Assembly (NCBI GenBank): GCA_030265395.1
Contig: JARFYF010000112.1
Span: 19,150,880 to 19,214,879, forward strand
Direction: 5' to 3'
Length of the DNA: 64,000 bases
Origin: Rhina ancylostomus
Taxonomy: Eukaryota
The notes beneath the pieces were generated by a model that made no database searches, was not told the origin of the DNA, and was given only the letters and a program-made list of their open reading frames with translations. Below are positions 53,626-64,000 of the stretch, piece after piece. The number at the start of each line of letters is the position of its first letter. Positions within the stretch are counted from its first letter, which is position 1. A program made the translations under genes and the position numbers.

Positions 53626-54184
53626 GTTAATTCCATAGTTTTAGCTATTGCACAGCCATGTACAAAACATCCGATCTCCTTGGCATCTGTGAACTCTGTC
53701 CTTCCCTAACTTTTCTCATGGTCTGTCCATTGTCTTATATTCCAGAGTCTCGCACATGAGTTTCCCGCAATAGCGCCACTCAGCGATTCCCTTTATATTA
53801 CCACCCGATTTTCAGAGGCTGCATTTAATTGCCATTCCATGAGCATTTCTTTCTATAACTTATTCCAGATTAAGACCTGCTGTGTGCTTTCAAAGGAATA
53901 GTTGCGTGGCATGAGTGAAAGTTCCACTGTAAATTGAAAAGCAGCCCCAGTTGGATCATGCTGTGCCTAATGTGAATAAATGAGGGGTTGAAAGATGAAA
54001 GATATGGTGAGAGTTAGTTATTCTCACTGGGCACTGATCTTATAGGCCAATTTTCTCTGATTTATGACAAATTATGTGCAAGCACGTTTTCATATAACTG
54101 GGAAATCATGTGGAATCCCATGCTTCATAAACGGGCACAGAATGGAAAATCGGGACTTAATGTTGAATTTTCATAAAATACAGG

Positions 54185-54700
54185 TTTAGCCATAGCTGGA
54201 GTTCTGTGAATAATTCTGGTGACCTGACTTTAGGGAGGAATGGTTCCAGGGATGAGGAATTTCAATTTTAAGTTTAGACAGGATAGGTTGGAGTTGTTCT
54301 CCTTGGAGCCAAGAAAGTTTAAATCCTGGTTGGTTTAGACAAAATAACTGTAAGGAAACTGTTCCCATTGGTGAATGGTTTGAGGAGCTGGGAGCACAGA
54401 TTTAAAGCTTTGAGCAGAATATACAAAGGAACCTGAGGGAAAACTTATTTTATGCAGAGGGTAGTTAGAATCTGGAATTCACATCTTTTGAAAGCAGTGG
54501 GAATAGAATCAATCAGTGCCTTCAAGATGGAATTGGATTGTGAAAATATTCCTTAAAATTAGGTGACCAGATTTGGGAGAACATAGTTTGCAGGATGATG
54601 GGGAAAGAGTGGGACAGTGAGTCTGAGGGCATTGTTCTTCTACAAGCTGCATAGACTTGATGGGCCAAATGGCCACCTTCCGTACTGTGGTGATTCTGCC
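54185..54700 (+). mobile_element. CR1 LINE 3' portion, decayed
   Basis: agctggagttctgtgaataattctgg (LEYCVQFW-like); ctccttggagc; aaactgttcccattgg; tail gatgggccaaatggcc. Confidence 0.75.
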
Positions 54701-55721
54701 TTTGTTATTCTAATAGGATTGGCAGGGAACTTGATTTTAAATTGAGTGGTTATATTTTCAACTCTCACTTTTGGCTGGTGCCCATGCAGGAGATTCCAAT
54801 GTATTGTAACATCTTAGTAACGTTGACAAACCTTCTAAATGTTCTCACTGTTGCTCTTTCTCCATCCTGCCCCCCCACCCCTGAAATTATTGGCAATTGG
54901 TGGAGTGCATTTCCATGGGTGCTGTCAGTCAATCGCTGTCAGTGACCTGTGATGGGGTGGAGATGACAGGACAATACTGCCAATACCATTAATGCCCTGG
55001 GCTAACATCTCTACCCCAGCAATAGCAAATGTGGGTATCATTGACACAGCTGGCATTTCATTACCCTTCATCAGTTTATCAGTAGACTTAAGTAGATGGT
55101 GGATGGCCAGTTGTGTGGGTTGCTACAAAACCCATTCCTGGCATGGGACTGGAATAACAATTGTAAGCCGGGACATTTTGATTTGAGGAATATCAATCAT
55201 TCTCAGTCCAGGATCCTATCTAATTTTCTCTGGACTCCGTTTCAGCTTCAGCGATCTTTTACTGGCTTCTCAGCCTGGGGTTTTCAGATTGCCCGGGCAT
55301 AGAGAATAAGGCAGACTGAGGAGAGAAGACAGCACGGTTTGCTCTTCTACTCATTTCACTAATGTGTGTGAGACCCTCAGGGCTTTGGGAAGTGTTAGGG
55401 GAAGAACAACTGTTGGGCTGTGTTAAATATTTTTCAAACTCTTGCAGAAAAATTTTGGGAAGGCTCCTTAGCTCTTTGTACTTCAGTTTTTCAAGTCCTG
55501 TTCATTGCAGCATGTACCAAGTTCAGGAGTTTCGGACAGGCAAATAGTTAAATTCTGAAAAGGTGCAGCTAAGTTGTCCTGAGGGGAAATACTAAAAGAA
55601 AAATCATTATTATTTGCAAGTTTAATATGAGAGCCCTCTACTTCTTTTATCTTCATATTTGGTGCAGCTGCCTGAGGTAATCCTAATTTTAGTCCATTCA
55701 TTTTGTCTGTTTTTATTGCAG

Positions 55722-55795
55722 GGTTCAGCTAAAAGTTGTGCATCAAATAACCCAGCAATTGCAGGAACATGCCTACTCTGGAGGGTTTTAATAAA
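55722..55795 (+). other. Candidate terminal exon
   Basis: Branch-like cctaat (55682), ttttgtctgtttttattgcag| xVQLKVVHQITQQLQEHAYSGGF*, with AATAAA (55790-55795) overlapping the stop. Confidence 0.2.
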
Positions 55796-55914
55796 AGTCA
55801 TGCCAGCAGTGAAATCTGATAAATGCTTCAGCTGATGCTGATTTGTAATCTTGGTTACTTGTAGACCAGGTGCAGTTATACCTTGATAGTGTTCTCATCT
55901 TCCACTTGCTTTCC

Positions 55915-56905
55915 CAGCCAGCAATAACCCCTGCCCTCCTATGAGCTTCTGAGATCTGGATTATCTCAAAACCCTGGAAAAATACCACTAATGCTGTCTC
56001 CACAAAATCTGCCTGATTTAATTGGAAGGACAAGGTCTGTGCCCTCTCCGAGGCAGCATCCTCAGTACTGAGGCCCTAGTTGCACTACATTGAGCAGGCT
56101 GTGTCACTAATACCAGGATCCAAAACAAGACACTCTGAGCTTTGTCATAGGAAGAGATTGCTGGGCAGACAAGCAAAGTTTCAAAGTGTGTTTAAAACCT
56201 CCTCGAAGAAAGGCAGCGTCCCCATTGACTCCTGGGAATCTCTGGCCCATCACCACTTAAAGTGGAGAAGCATTCAGGATGGTATAGAGTACCATAAAAC
56301 GATGCATGATAAGTACACAGAGGCCCCACATAAGTGGCAGAAGGAGCAGACAACCTCACAACTTTCAGTAAACCTTGGTTAATTCAACACATTCGGGACT
56401 TTTGTGGTACCAGACTAGTATATTTTCCAAATTATTGGAGGTTTCTCAGTACTCCGACACACTTCAACTCAATGTTTTCTTAAAATATTACATAGTAGAA
56501 TAATAAATTTTCCAGGGAACCTGGTAAATTTCAAGGGAGTGTGGAAAACAAGGTCCCAGTTAAAATTAAAGGGGCAGGGGAAACAGAAACAGATGGGTTT
56601 AAAGTCTTCTGGGCCACGACGAGTGAAAGGGAATTGGGGAACTGGAGATTCAGTGTGCAGAAATCTGGGCCCTGGTGTCCAAAAGGGAGCCCATTTTGTT
56701 AAACAGCATGTGGGAATCAACAGCTGTTAGCCAGACTGGGACTTCTGAATAGGCATTAGCAAATTATTGGAGTTTTACTGTACCTACTGTCACCCCTTTC
56801 AGCAACTACCTCCCTCATCTGCTGTTCCAACATTGGTCCCATCAGCCACCTTAGAACCCACTAAACCAGCATGGAAGTAAGTCATCCTCAATTGAAGAGG
56901 AGGAA
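55915..56905 (+). mobile_element. RTE (BovB-like) LINE 3' portion, split by a MITE
   Basis: PALL.ASEIW..LEKYH.CCLHKI; SELCHRKRLLGRQ..FKTSSKKGSVPIDSWESLA..KWRSIQDG; resumes after 56782 (IGPISHLRTH). Confidence 0.8.
56366..56780. mobile_element. Tc1/mariner (Tigger-like) non-autonomous DNA transposon (MITE)
   Basis: Imperfect TIRs CAGTAAACCTTGGTTAATTC / reverse complement CAGTAAAACTCCAATAATTT; TA at the right junction; internal repeat caaattattggag; inserted into the RTE. Confidence 0.6.
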
Positions 56906-57429
56906 GGCAAAGAGGTCTAGTAAATATTTTATTGTCCCAGTAATGCTGCCTCTTGTTAAGCCTATTTTGTTCCTTTTATCCAGAACTGAGACAACTAACT
57001 TGCTGCATGATTTAACCAATCTAGAAATCAAACATTTCTCACTTTGAACAGTTGCATTCCTATGTACAGAACCTTACAATCAATCTTGGCACATCCTTAG
57101 ACAGTCTGAAAATTCTAATTCTGGTACGCAACATGTCCAAATGAAATAATATTCCATTATTCCTATGAAATTTCCCCTTTAATTATGACATTGTTGTGTT
57201 TAGTAAACTATAGAAAATTGAGGTGTAATTTCATTGATACCAGCAGCTATATTGGAGTCAAGAAAGGTTGCCATCAAATTTGGAAACAGCATACCCCATT
57301 TTAACAAAATATTGTTTGATGTGAAATGTACAAATAATGCACTCAAAAAACATAAGTAAGCATTATTAAGCAACTTTCACATAAAATATCTATAAGCAAT
57401 TTACAGCTAGTGAAATTCTGCTGGTGGAA

Positions 57430-57760
57430 TTATTGATGTAATGTAGGAAATCTGGCAGCCAAATCACAGTCAGCAGCACCCCCCACCCACTGCCCCAACG
57501 AAAGATGAGCTAATAACAAGATAATGTGTTTTTGTAATGTTGGTTGAAGGGTGAATATTAGCCAGACACCAGGAGATCACTCCTGGATTATGTGTGAAAG
57601 TTTCAAGTGATGGGACCTGAGCCCACGAGCCTATGAGAGTCAGAGGCAGCAAAATTACTAATGGTCTATGCCTGACGTCTCAGATTGCCCGCTCATTCTG
57701 CAAGTTAAAAGCAAGCCGAGGATTTTAGCCTGGATGTCCTTAAAGATGTACTCTATGAAC
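57430..57760 (-). mobile_element. SacSINE1-like SINE fragments
   Basis: gtaatgtaggaaatctggcagccaa..tgttggttgaagggtgaatattagccagacaccaggag. Confidence 0.7.
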
Positions 57761-57794
57761 TTAAGCTCAGACAAAATTTTGCTGCTTAGCCCTA

Positions 57795-58440
57795 TTGCTA
57801 CAGGTGGTGCATTTAGTAGAACCACTGCCTGGCAGTGACGGAGACCCAGGTTCAATTCAGACTTTTGGTGCTGCCTGCTTTGAGTTTGCACTTCCCCCGT
57901 GACCACGTGGGCCTTTTCCACATCCCGAAGACGTGTTGGTCAGTCGGCAAATTGGCCTCTAAATTGCCCTGAATGTGTAGAGTGGTATGTAGGGAGAATA
58001 AAAATGGGATTAATGTAGGCTTAGTGTAAATCAGTGGTTGATGTGGACTCCATGAACCAAAGACTGGCAATTGTTTTTTTTATTGTCCCATGTACTGATA
58101 TGCAGTGATAAACTGTTTTGCATGCCATACATACAGATCATTCCAAATACAAGTACATTGAGGTAGTACCAAGGGAAAAGCAATAACAGAATGCAGAATA
58201 TAGTGCTACAGTTGCAGAGAAAGTGCAGTGCAGATAGACAAATAAGGTGCAAGAAGTACAACTAGGTTGACTGAGAGATCAAGAATTCATCTTCTTCATT
58301 CAAGAGGTCCATTTGATAGTTTTATAACAGCGGGAAGCTGTCCTTGAGCCTGGTATTGCATGTTTTCAAGCCTTTGTATCTTCTGCCTGATGGAAGGTGA
58401 GAGAAGAGAGCCTGTTTCCATGCTGTAATGCTCCATGGTT
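57795..58440 (+). mobile_element. HE1-like V-SINE whose tail is interrupted by a Rex fragment
   Basis: Head ggtggtgca..tagtagaaccactgcc..gacccaggttcaat; V-domain; tail resumes at about 58408 (gcctgtttccatgctgta). Confidence 0.8.
58070..58405 (-). mobile_element. Rex1/Babar LINE 3' fragment
   Basis: Similar to 16690-16990 (aagctgtccttgagcctggt..tgtatcttctgcctgatggaag); minus strand gives PSGRRYKGLKTCNTRLKDSF. Confidence 0.85.
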
Positions 58441-58929
58441 GTATCTCTTTGTTCAAACCTGTTACTGCCTCTGTGCTTGTTCACAAATTTTGATTCCAGG
58501 TCAACAAATGCTGTGAATTTATATCTCTCAATCTCATTTTCATAATTTGATGTGTGTGTGAAGTGCCTTCAGACATTTTACTGTATTAAAGGCGCTGGAT
58601 ATATGTGACATTCAGATGACCTTGGTTCTGGCGTGTAATTGCCAAAGGCTGAACAATTTCCCATTAGTTCTGAAGATTAGTTTAACTCCCAGGGAGGTTT
58701 GATAGAAGTGAGATGCAACATTGCAGTGAGAAAGATTGAGAAAAGTGTCAGGGCAATGACACAGCATTGTTTCTTATTGGTCTTCTTTGAGATTGGTTCT
58801 GTTGTAGTCTGGTTAATATCATGGCTTGCACATTGTTATGGAGCCTCTGTAGTTTATTTGCAGCTTGCAGACAACACTTGCATTTACACAGTCTCAGAGG
58901 TTGAGCTCTAAGACATTGTCAACTTGCTC

Positions 58930-59780
58930 TTAAAGCATATGAGAGGATGCTTTAAGAACATCCACAGGACCAGGATCCAATACCAATTGCACCACACTAC
59001 CCTCCGACAATAAAAGTTCACGGTGAATATCTCTGGAGATACATCTCAGCAAAGGTATACATTGATGATGAAATTCACCATTACCTCTTAATGTGGCAGC
59101 ACAGCCTTTGGTCGATTTAAGCAAAAGAGTGAAGATTTGGCACAAAACTCATGGTTTACTGGGGAGCAGTGATTCCTGACCTCCTCTATGCTTCTGAGAC
59201 CTGGACTCCCTACAGCAGGCATTTCAATGTACTGGAAAAGTACCACTAATGCCCTCTTCACAAAATCTTCTGGAAGGACAAGCAAATCAATGCCAGTATT
59301 CTTAAGCAGGCCAACAGCCCTAGCGTTGAGGCCCTAATTATTCATATTTGCCTGTGTTGGATTGGCCACAATGTTGGCATGCCTGGTGTCAGACTCCTGT
59401 GAGTAAAACTAATCCAAGCTCTGTCATGGGAGAACATTTCCAGGTGGACTGAAAAAATGCTTCAGTATTTGCTCAAAGCTCTCTTGAAGAAATAGAACAC
59501 CCTTCTTAAATCTTGAGCATCTGTGGTCCAAGACTGCTCAGGATGGCACCAAGAACCTTGAGGCCCTGCACTTGGAGCAGACAGGAGTTCTGCATAATTG
59601 ACTGAAGGAGCACAGCATCTCAGGAACTACCCTCTTGCATGACATGGCAGGCACCACCTACTCTATCTGGGGACAAGTCTGCAGTCCCCTTATTTGGCTC
59701 ACCAGCCAACTCCGAATCCACAGGACCGAGTGGAAGCATATCATCCTCAATCCCAAGGAACTGTTCAAGAAGAAGAAATA
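58930..59780 (+). mobile_element. RTE (BovB-like) LINE 3' portion, decayed
   Basis: LSKGIHxDEIHHY..AFGRFK..TKLMVYWGAVIPDLLYASETWTPYSRHFNVLEKYH..QANSPSVEALI; 3' end ..gaagcatatcatcctcaatcccaagg..aagaagaaga. Confidence 0.85.
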
Positions 59781-62700
59781 TGAGAGCTGTAAAGATATAT
59801 AGGTAAAATTCAAATGCAATTAGAGTAGAGTACTAGTAGTAGGGAAGTATTTCAATTTGTAGCATACCTGAAGAACTCTGCTGTTTCACACACACAGTTA
59901 AAAATCAAGTTATTACTCATAGAGTTAAAAGGCAGGAGATACTTGCACCAGCCAACAAATAAGGTAATTCATTTTCCACTCAGAAGTCAATTGCCCTATT
60001 TTAATATAATACATTGGGTATTTGTAGGTTAATTGCACAACTTAGAGCAAATTGGAGAAGGATAGAAATTTGGTTGTATCATTTTGGTTTCTTTGCTTCA
60101 CAGTATGACAGTTTCTGTAGAAAATGGAAGAAATTGACTCAAAACTGTGGTAAATAGGCAGTGGGAAACAGGATGTTTCAAGGTGAAATGTGTGCAAAAT
60201 TAAGGTTTTTTTAAAATGTATAATAGAACAAAATATGCTCCCCATTGTTGGTCACAGGCCTTTAGCCATATAAAATCTAAAATTTGACCAGTATAACTTT
60301 GGCTCAAATGCAGACACTTGCTGTGGAATCTTAATGTAGTTGAAAGTATTTCTTCTGGTTGCTTTTCCTCTGAAGTGCACGATTGTGTAAGAATCCTGTG
60401 TGTGTAAATTCTTCCAGTTGTATGCCAGTAAAGAAGCATTTCTTTGTTCTTAATGGTTGCCTTTTCACTTGGAACACATATCTTTCAGCTTCTGAAGAAG
60501 CTAGTCCTCCAAATCAGCAGCTGCAAGAGCTATAGACAGATGTTTACTGTCAGGATAATTGTAGAGCAGTGTTGAAATGAATATGTCTGATAGGAGCATT
60601 GAGGGGGTAGTTGCGGCCAAAGGAAATACTTTAAACTATATTAGAGACTTAATTGTTCAACTGTACTCTGTCGATTGAATCCAAGTATTAGTTGGACTAT
60701 TGTCAAGCATCGTTGCTGAAACTTTAACAATAGGTCAAAGGTTCGTAAGTTTAACAAAACATTCCATTGGATTTTATTAATAAAGTTAATATTCCATTGT
60801 AGTGTCCAAATAAACTTGAAAATATTACATAGAAAGAAGACATTGATATACTACTGATCTCTAATCAGTAGTACTTAATTTATTGGCCAATAACTACCTG
60901 CATTCTGTTTTTATACTTGAGAATAACTACAAAATCAAACTCTTGCTAATTTTTTTCTAAAATAAAATTGAATGTAATTTTTAAGGGTAATTCAGCTGGC
61001 AGGTCACTCTGCAGGAGGAGTGTAGGGTAAATGGTAAAATATCATGCAACTGCTATGGGTGCATAAAGGCAACAGAATTTTGAATGTAAAAATAAACAAT
61101 TTAATTTTCAATTAATAACAATCAAGTTTGTTGACTTGGCAAAGGTAGGATATGTGAAATTAATCCAACTAGTAATGTGAGGCAGCACTCAAGCTGCTAG
61201 GGTATGGGAAGTTACTTGTTGAATTATTTTTTTCCCATTCCACTGCAGCTGCAACATTATTGGCCCAGAATTTGTGGTCAGCGGCAAATCTGTGGCAAGA
61301 GCATCCCCTTTTCTGCTGCCTGATGTCTAGGTGGCTAAGCAGCTGATAACATTAAAGAATTCTCACCAACAGGAAAATATGAGACAAAGTTCAGTTAATT
61401 TTGTAAACATTTTACAGAGTGCTGAATCAAATTTTTACATGTATGTGTGATTAAAGTAGAAGATAAAATATCAAACTCCTTAAATTTTATTAAAATTTTG
61501 AAATCATTAAAGAAAGTGACAGACGTTTTTAAGGTCAGATAGTGTGCTAGGCAATAATTAATGCCTTGTACACTGTAAAAGCTGACTTAGACACTATGGC
61601 TTAGATGTTGTAATGCAACCAAACAGAGGCTTTGGATGGTCAGAGCCACAGTAGGCCAGTGGCTGGTTTGGTTGTCTTCCTGCCATCGCCCATTACATTA
61701 GCCTAGGACCAAAGCCTCGGGCACTAGTGGGGGAAAAAGTGTTGCATATCTTCGTTGTTGACACTTGCTGCTCATATCTGAGACTGGGACCCCAGCAAGG
61801 CAGGAAAAATTGAAGGATTGGGAGGGAGAGTGGTGTTCGGCTCCAGGGGAGTCGAAATGAGTGCTGCGTAAATCAAATAAGTGCTTGAAGTAATGATGCT
61901 TCTTCCATGTCTGGCTTTTGTCTGATGCCATCTTCATCCTCACAGTGGTGCCAGGTGTTTAAATGTTTTGTTTTCGCCACCTCCAGTTGTCCTCCTGTAT
62001 TTGCTTACAGGTCGGGTTTGAGTAGCCTTCCTGTTAGTAGGAGAGTGCCAGTACTTCAACAAGCAAGTCTTCTTCCATGCCTATTTGGGGTATTATGGAA
62101 GTCTGCAATGCTCAAATAAGGGTCTGACAATGATGATAATCTTCAGGTAGTTAGCTGGGGGGGAAGAGTAGGTAGCATGGGCTAAGGCCTCAGGGGTTAG
62201 CAGCACAATTGGAGGGTCAGGGGTAAGATGAGACAGAAGTGAAGTTGGAGTGGAGTGGGAGTTTCAACATCATTGGGGGCTGGGAGCGATCAGTACCATA
62301 TTGGGAGGTAGGGGACAGGGAATCTGTATGGACTAAGTGTGCTACACTATGAGAAGACATAGTTGTCCCAAGAACGCTCAATGATGGTCACTTGGGATAA
62401 TATGGCCAAATTTTCTGAGCAATGGCCTAAAATGAGTGCTGCGTAAAGACTGATGTCATCTAGTGCGCAACTGTTGAGGATGTGCACCTTGTCAAATTTC
62501 TAGACTGACCTAAATGACCTGCCTCACTCAGAGTTTCAATTTTGTGGGACTGAAGACGAGCATTGTGTTATTGAACTTTTACTGGCACACACAACTTGGT
62601 GTAAAAGTTTTTCAGGCTATTTTACTGTGTGATTAGTTCAAAAATAGCTCAGGTTTACTATGGGTTTCTGTAAAAGGGATCCTATTTGTGTCACAATGTT

Positions 62701-64000
62701 GATCCAGAGCAAACTCACAGAGAACCCAAATGCGGCACACTGATACAAGACTGGAGTCAGNNNNNNNNNNNNNNNNNNNNNNNNNNNNNNNNNNNNNNNN
62801 NNNNNNNNNNNNNNNNNNNNNNNNNNNNNNNNNNNNNNNNNNNNNNNNNNNNNNNNNNNNCAAATTGAGGGCCAGAACTCAGAACCATGACAATTTGGGT
62901 TGAAAATAGCAAATCCGATGTTCTCTCTCCATGCAGTGAGCTGGAGAATTTCTTCTGAGCACAAGGGATAAATGCAGCAAATATCACATTACATGAGAAA
63001 ACTCATTTCATATATTTTCTGTATGACTATATAAAGACTTATAAATATTACTTCTGTATATGACTGAGTGCACTGAATGGAATTCAGTGGTCTCTGCTGT
63101 TGATAATGTCTGTCTGTTTTAGCTTGAGACTGTAATGTTTAATTATGATATTAGTCTTGGAAGGATATCTGAGTATTCCATAGAGGTGGCTTTTGAATGT
63201 TCTCAACATTAGCTGACTTGCAAAATGCATCAACATTACTTTAAAATGTCAGTAAATAAATAAATTTGGGAAAGTTAAACTCATGGCAGTCTAAGTAAAC
63301 CAAAGCCAAAGGACGTGCCAGCTGGTAAACCAGTGAATCAGAAGGGGGCTTTATTCCTAATGGTTCTTGTGAGACTGCCAGTTGCAGTGTGGTTATGATC
63401 TTGATGCATGCTGTGACTGACCCCTGTTGCCTCAGGGTAGGCAGTAAGTATAAGCATCACCTATATCTCAGGATCAAGTTTTTAAAAACGAGGATTTCAA
63501 AAGAAAGCAGTGAATCAAATCATAAATCGATACCCCTCACTTTCATTTTAGAAATTAGGTCAGCAAGGCTTAAATTATTATTGCTGGTTGGAGAAAATTT
63601 AATGAGCTTCGTTCTCAAAGCCATCAGTGATGAGTTGTATTGGGTCGTGANNNNNNNNNNNNNNNNNNNNNNNNNNNNNNNNNNNNNNNNNNNNNNNNNN
63701 NNNNNNNNNNNNNNNNNNNNNNNNNNNNNNNNNNNNNNNNNNNNNNNNNNNNNNCCCCACAGTCCCATGGAGTAAACTCAGAAGGATGTTGTTATCAAAG
63801 TCTGAACAGCATCAGCACAACATCATGGGCTGAATGGTCTGTCCAATGCTGTACTCTTCTATGTTCTGTTAACAGGTTGGGGATGTACTCTTCTGAATAG
63901 AAGTTGTTACTAAGAAATGGCCTGATATTCCCACTTGTTGGAAAGACATCAACTTTGAGCTTTAAGATCAAATGTGGAATTCAGTCAAAACCTCATTACC

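Noticed and set aside
53761-53768. E2F consensus TTTCCCGC
   Set aside because: Isolated 8-mer with no promoter or CpG-island context.
60520-60575. QMFTVRIIVEQC resembling an RTE RT motif
   Set aside because: Too short, with no flanking homology.

Overview
AT-rich (about 40% GC, CpG-depleted) vertebrate genomic DNA from a gapped scaffold, with many 100-N gaps. The repeat content points to a cartilaginous fish, probably a ray/batoid (inference): HE1-type V-SINEs, SacSINE1-type Deu-SINEs, and CR1, Rex/Babar, RTE, L1 and L2 fragments. I recognise no intact protein-coding gene, tRNA, rRNA or CRISPR. Nearly all ORFs in the track are chance ORFs, gap artefacts or pieces of decayed retrotransposons, so the window is probably intronic or intergenic. 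Repeat family names come from my recall of consensus sequences and boundaries are approximate. Best leads: (1) several palindromic Penelope-type elements carrying decayed hammerhead-ribozyme cores; (2) a TG...CA LTR with terminal inverted repeats spanning an assembly gap; (3) an unexplained pair of ~180-bp direct repeats 1.44 kb apart; (4) a speculative chain of four phase-compatible exons encoding a 79-aa peptide; (5) nested transposon insertions; (6) a few enhancer-like motif clusters. None is demonstrably a new biological system from sequence alone.
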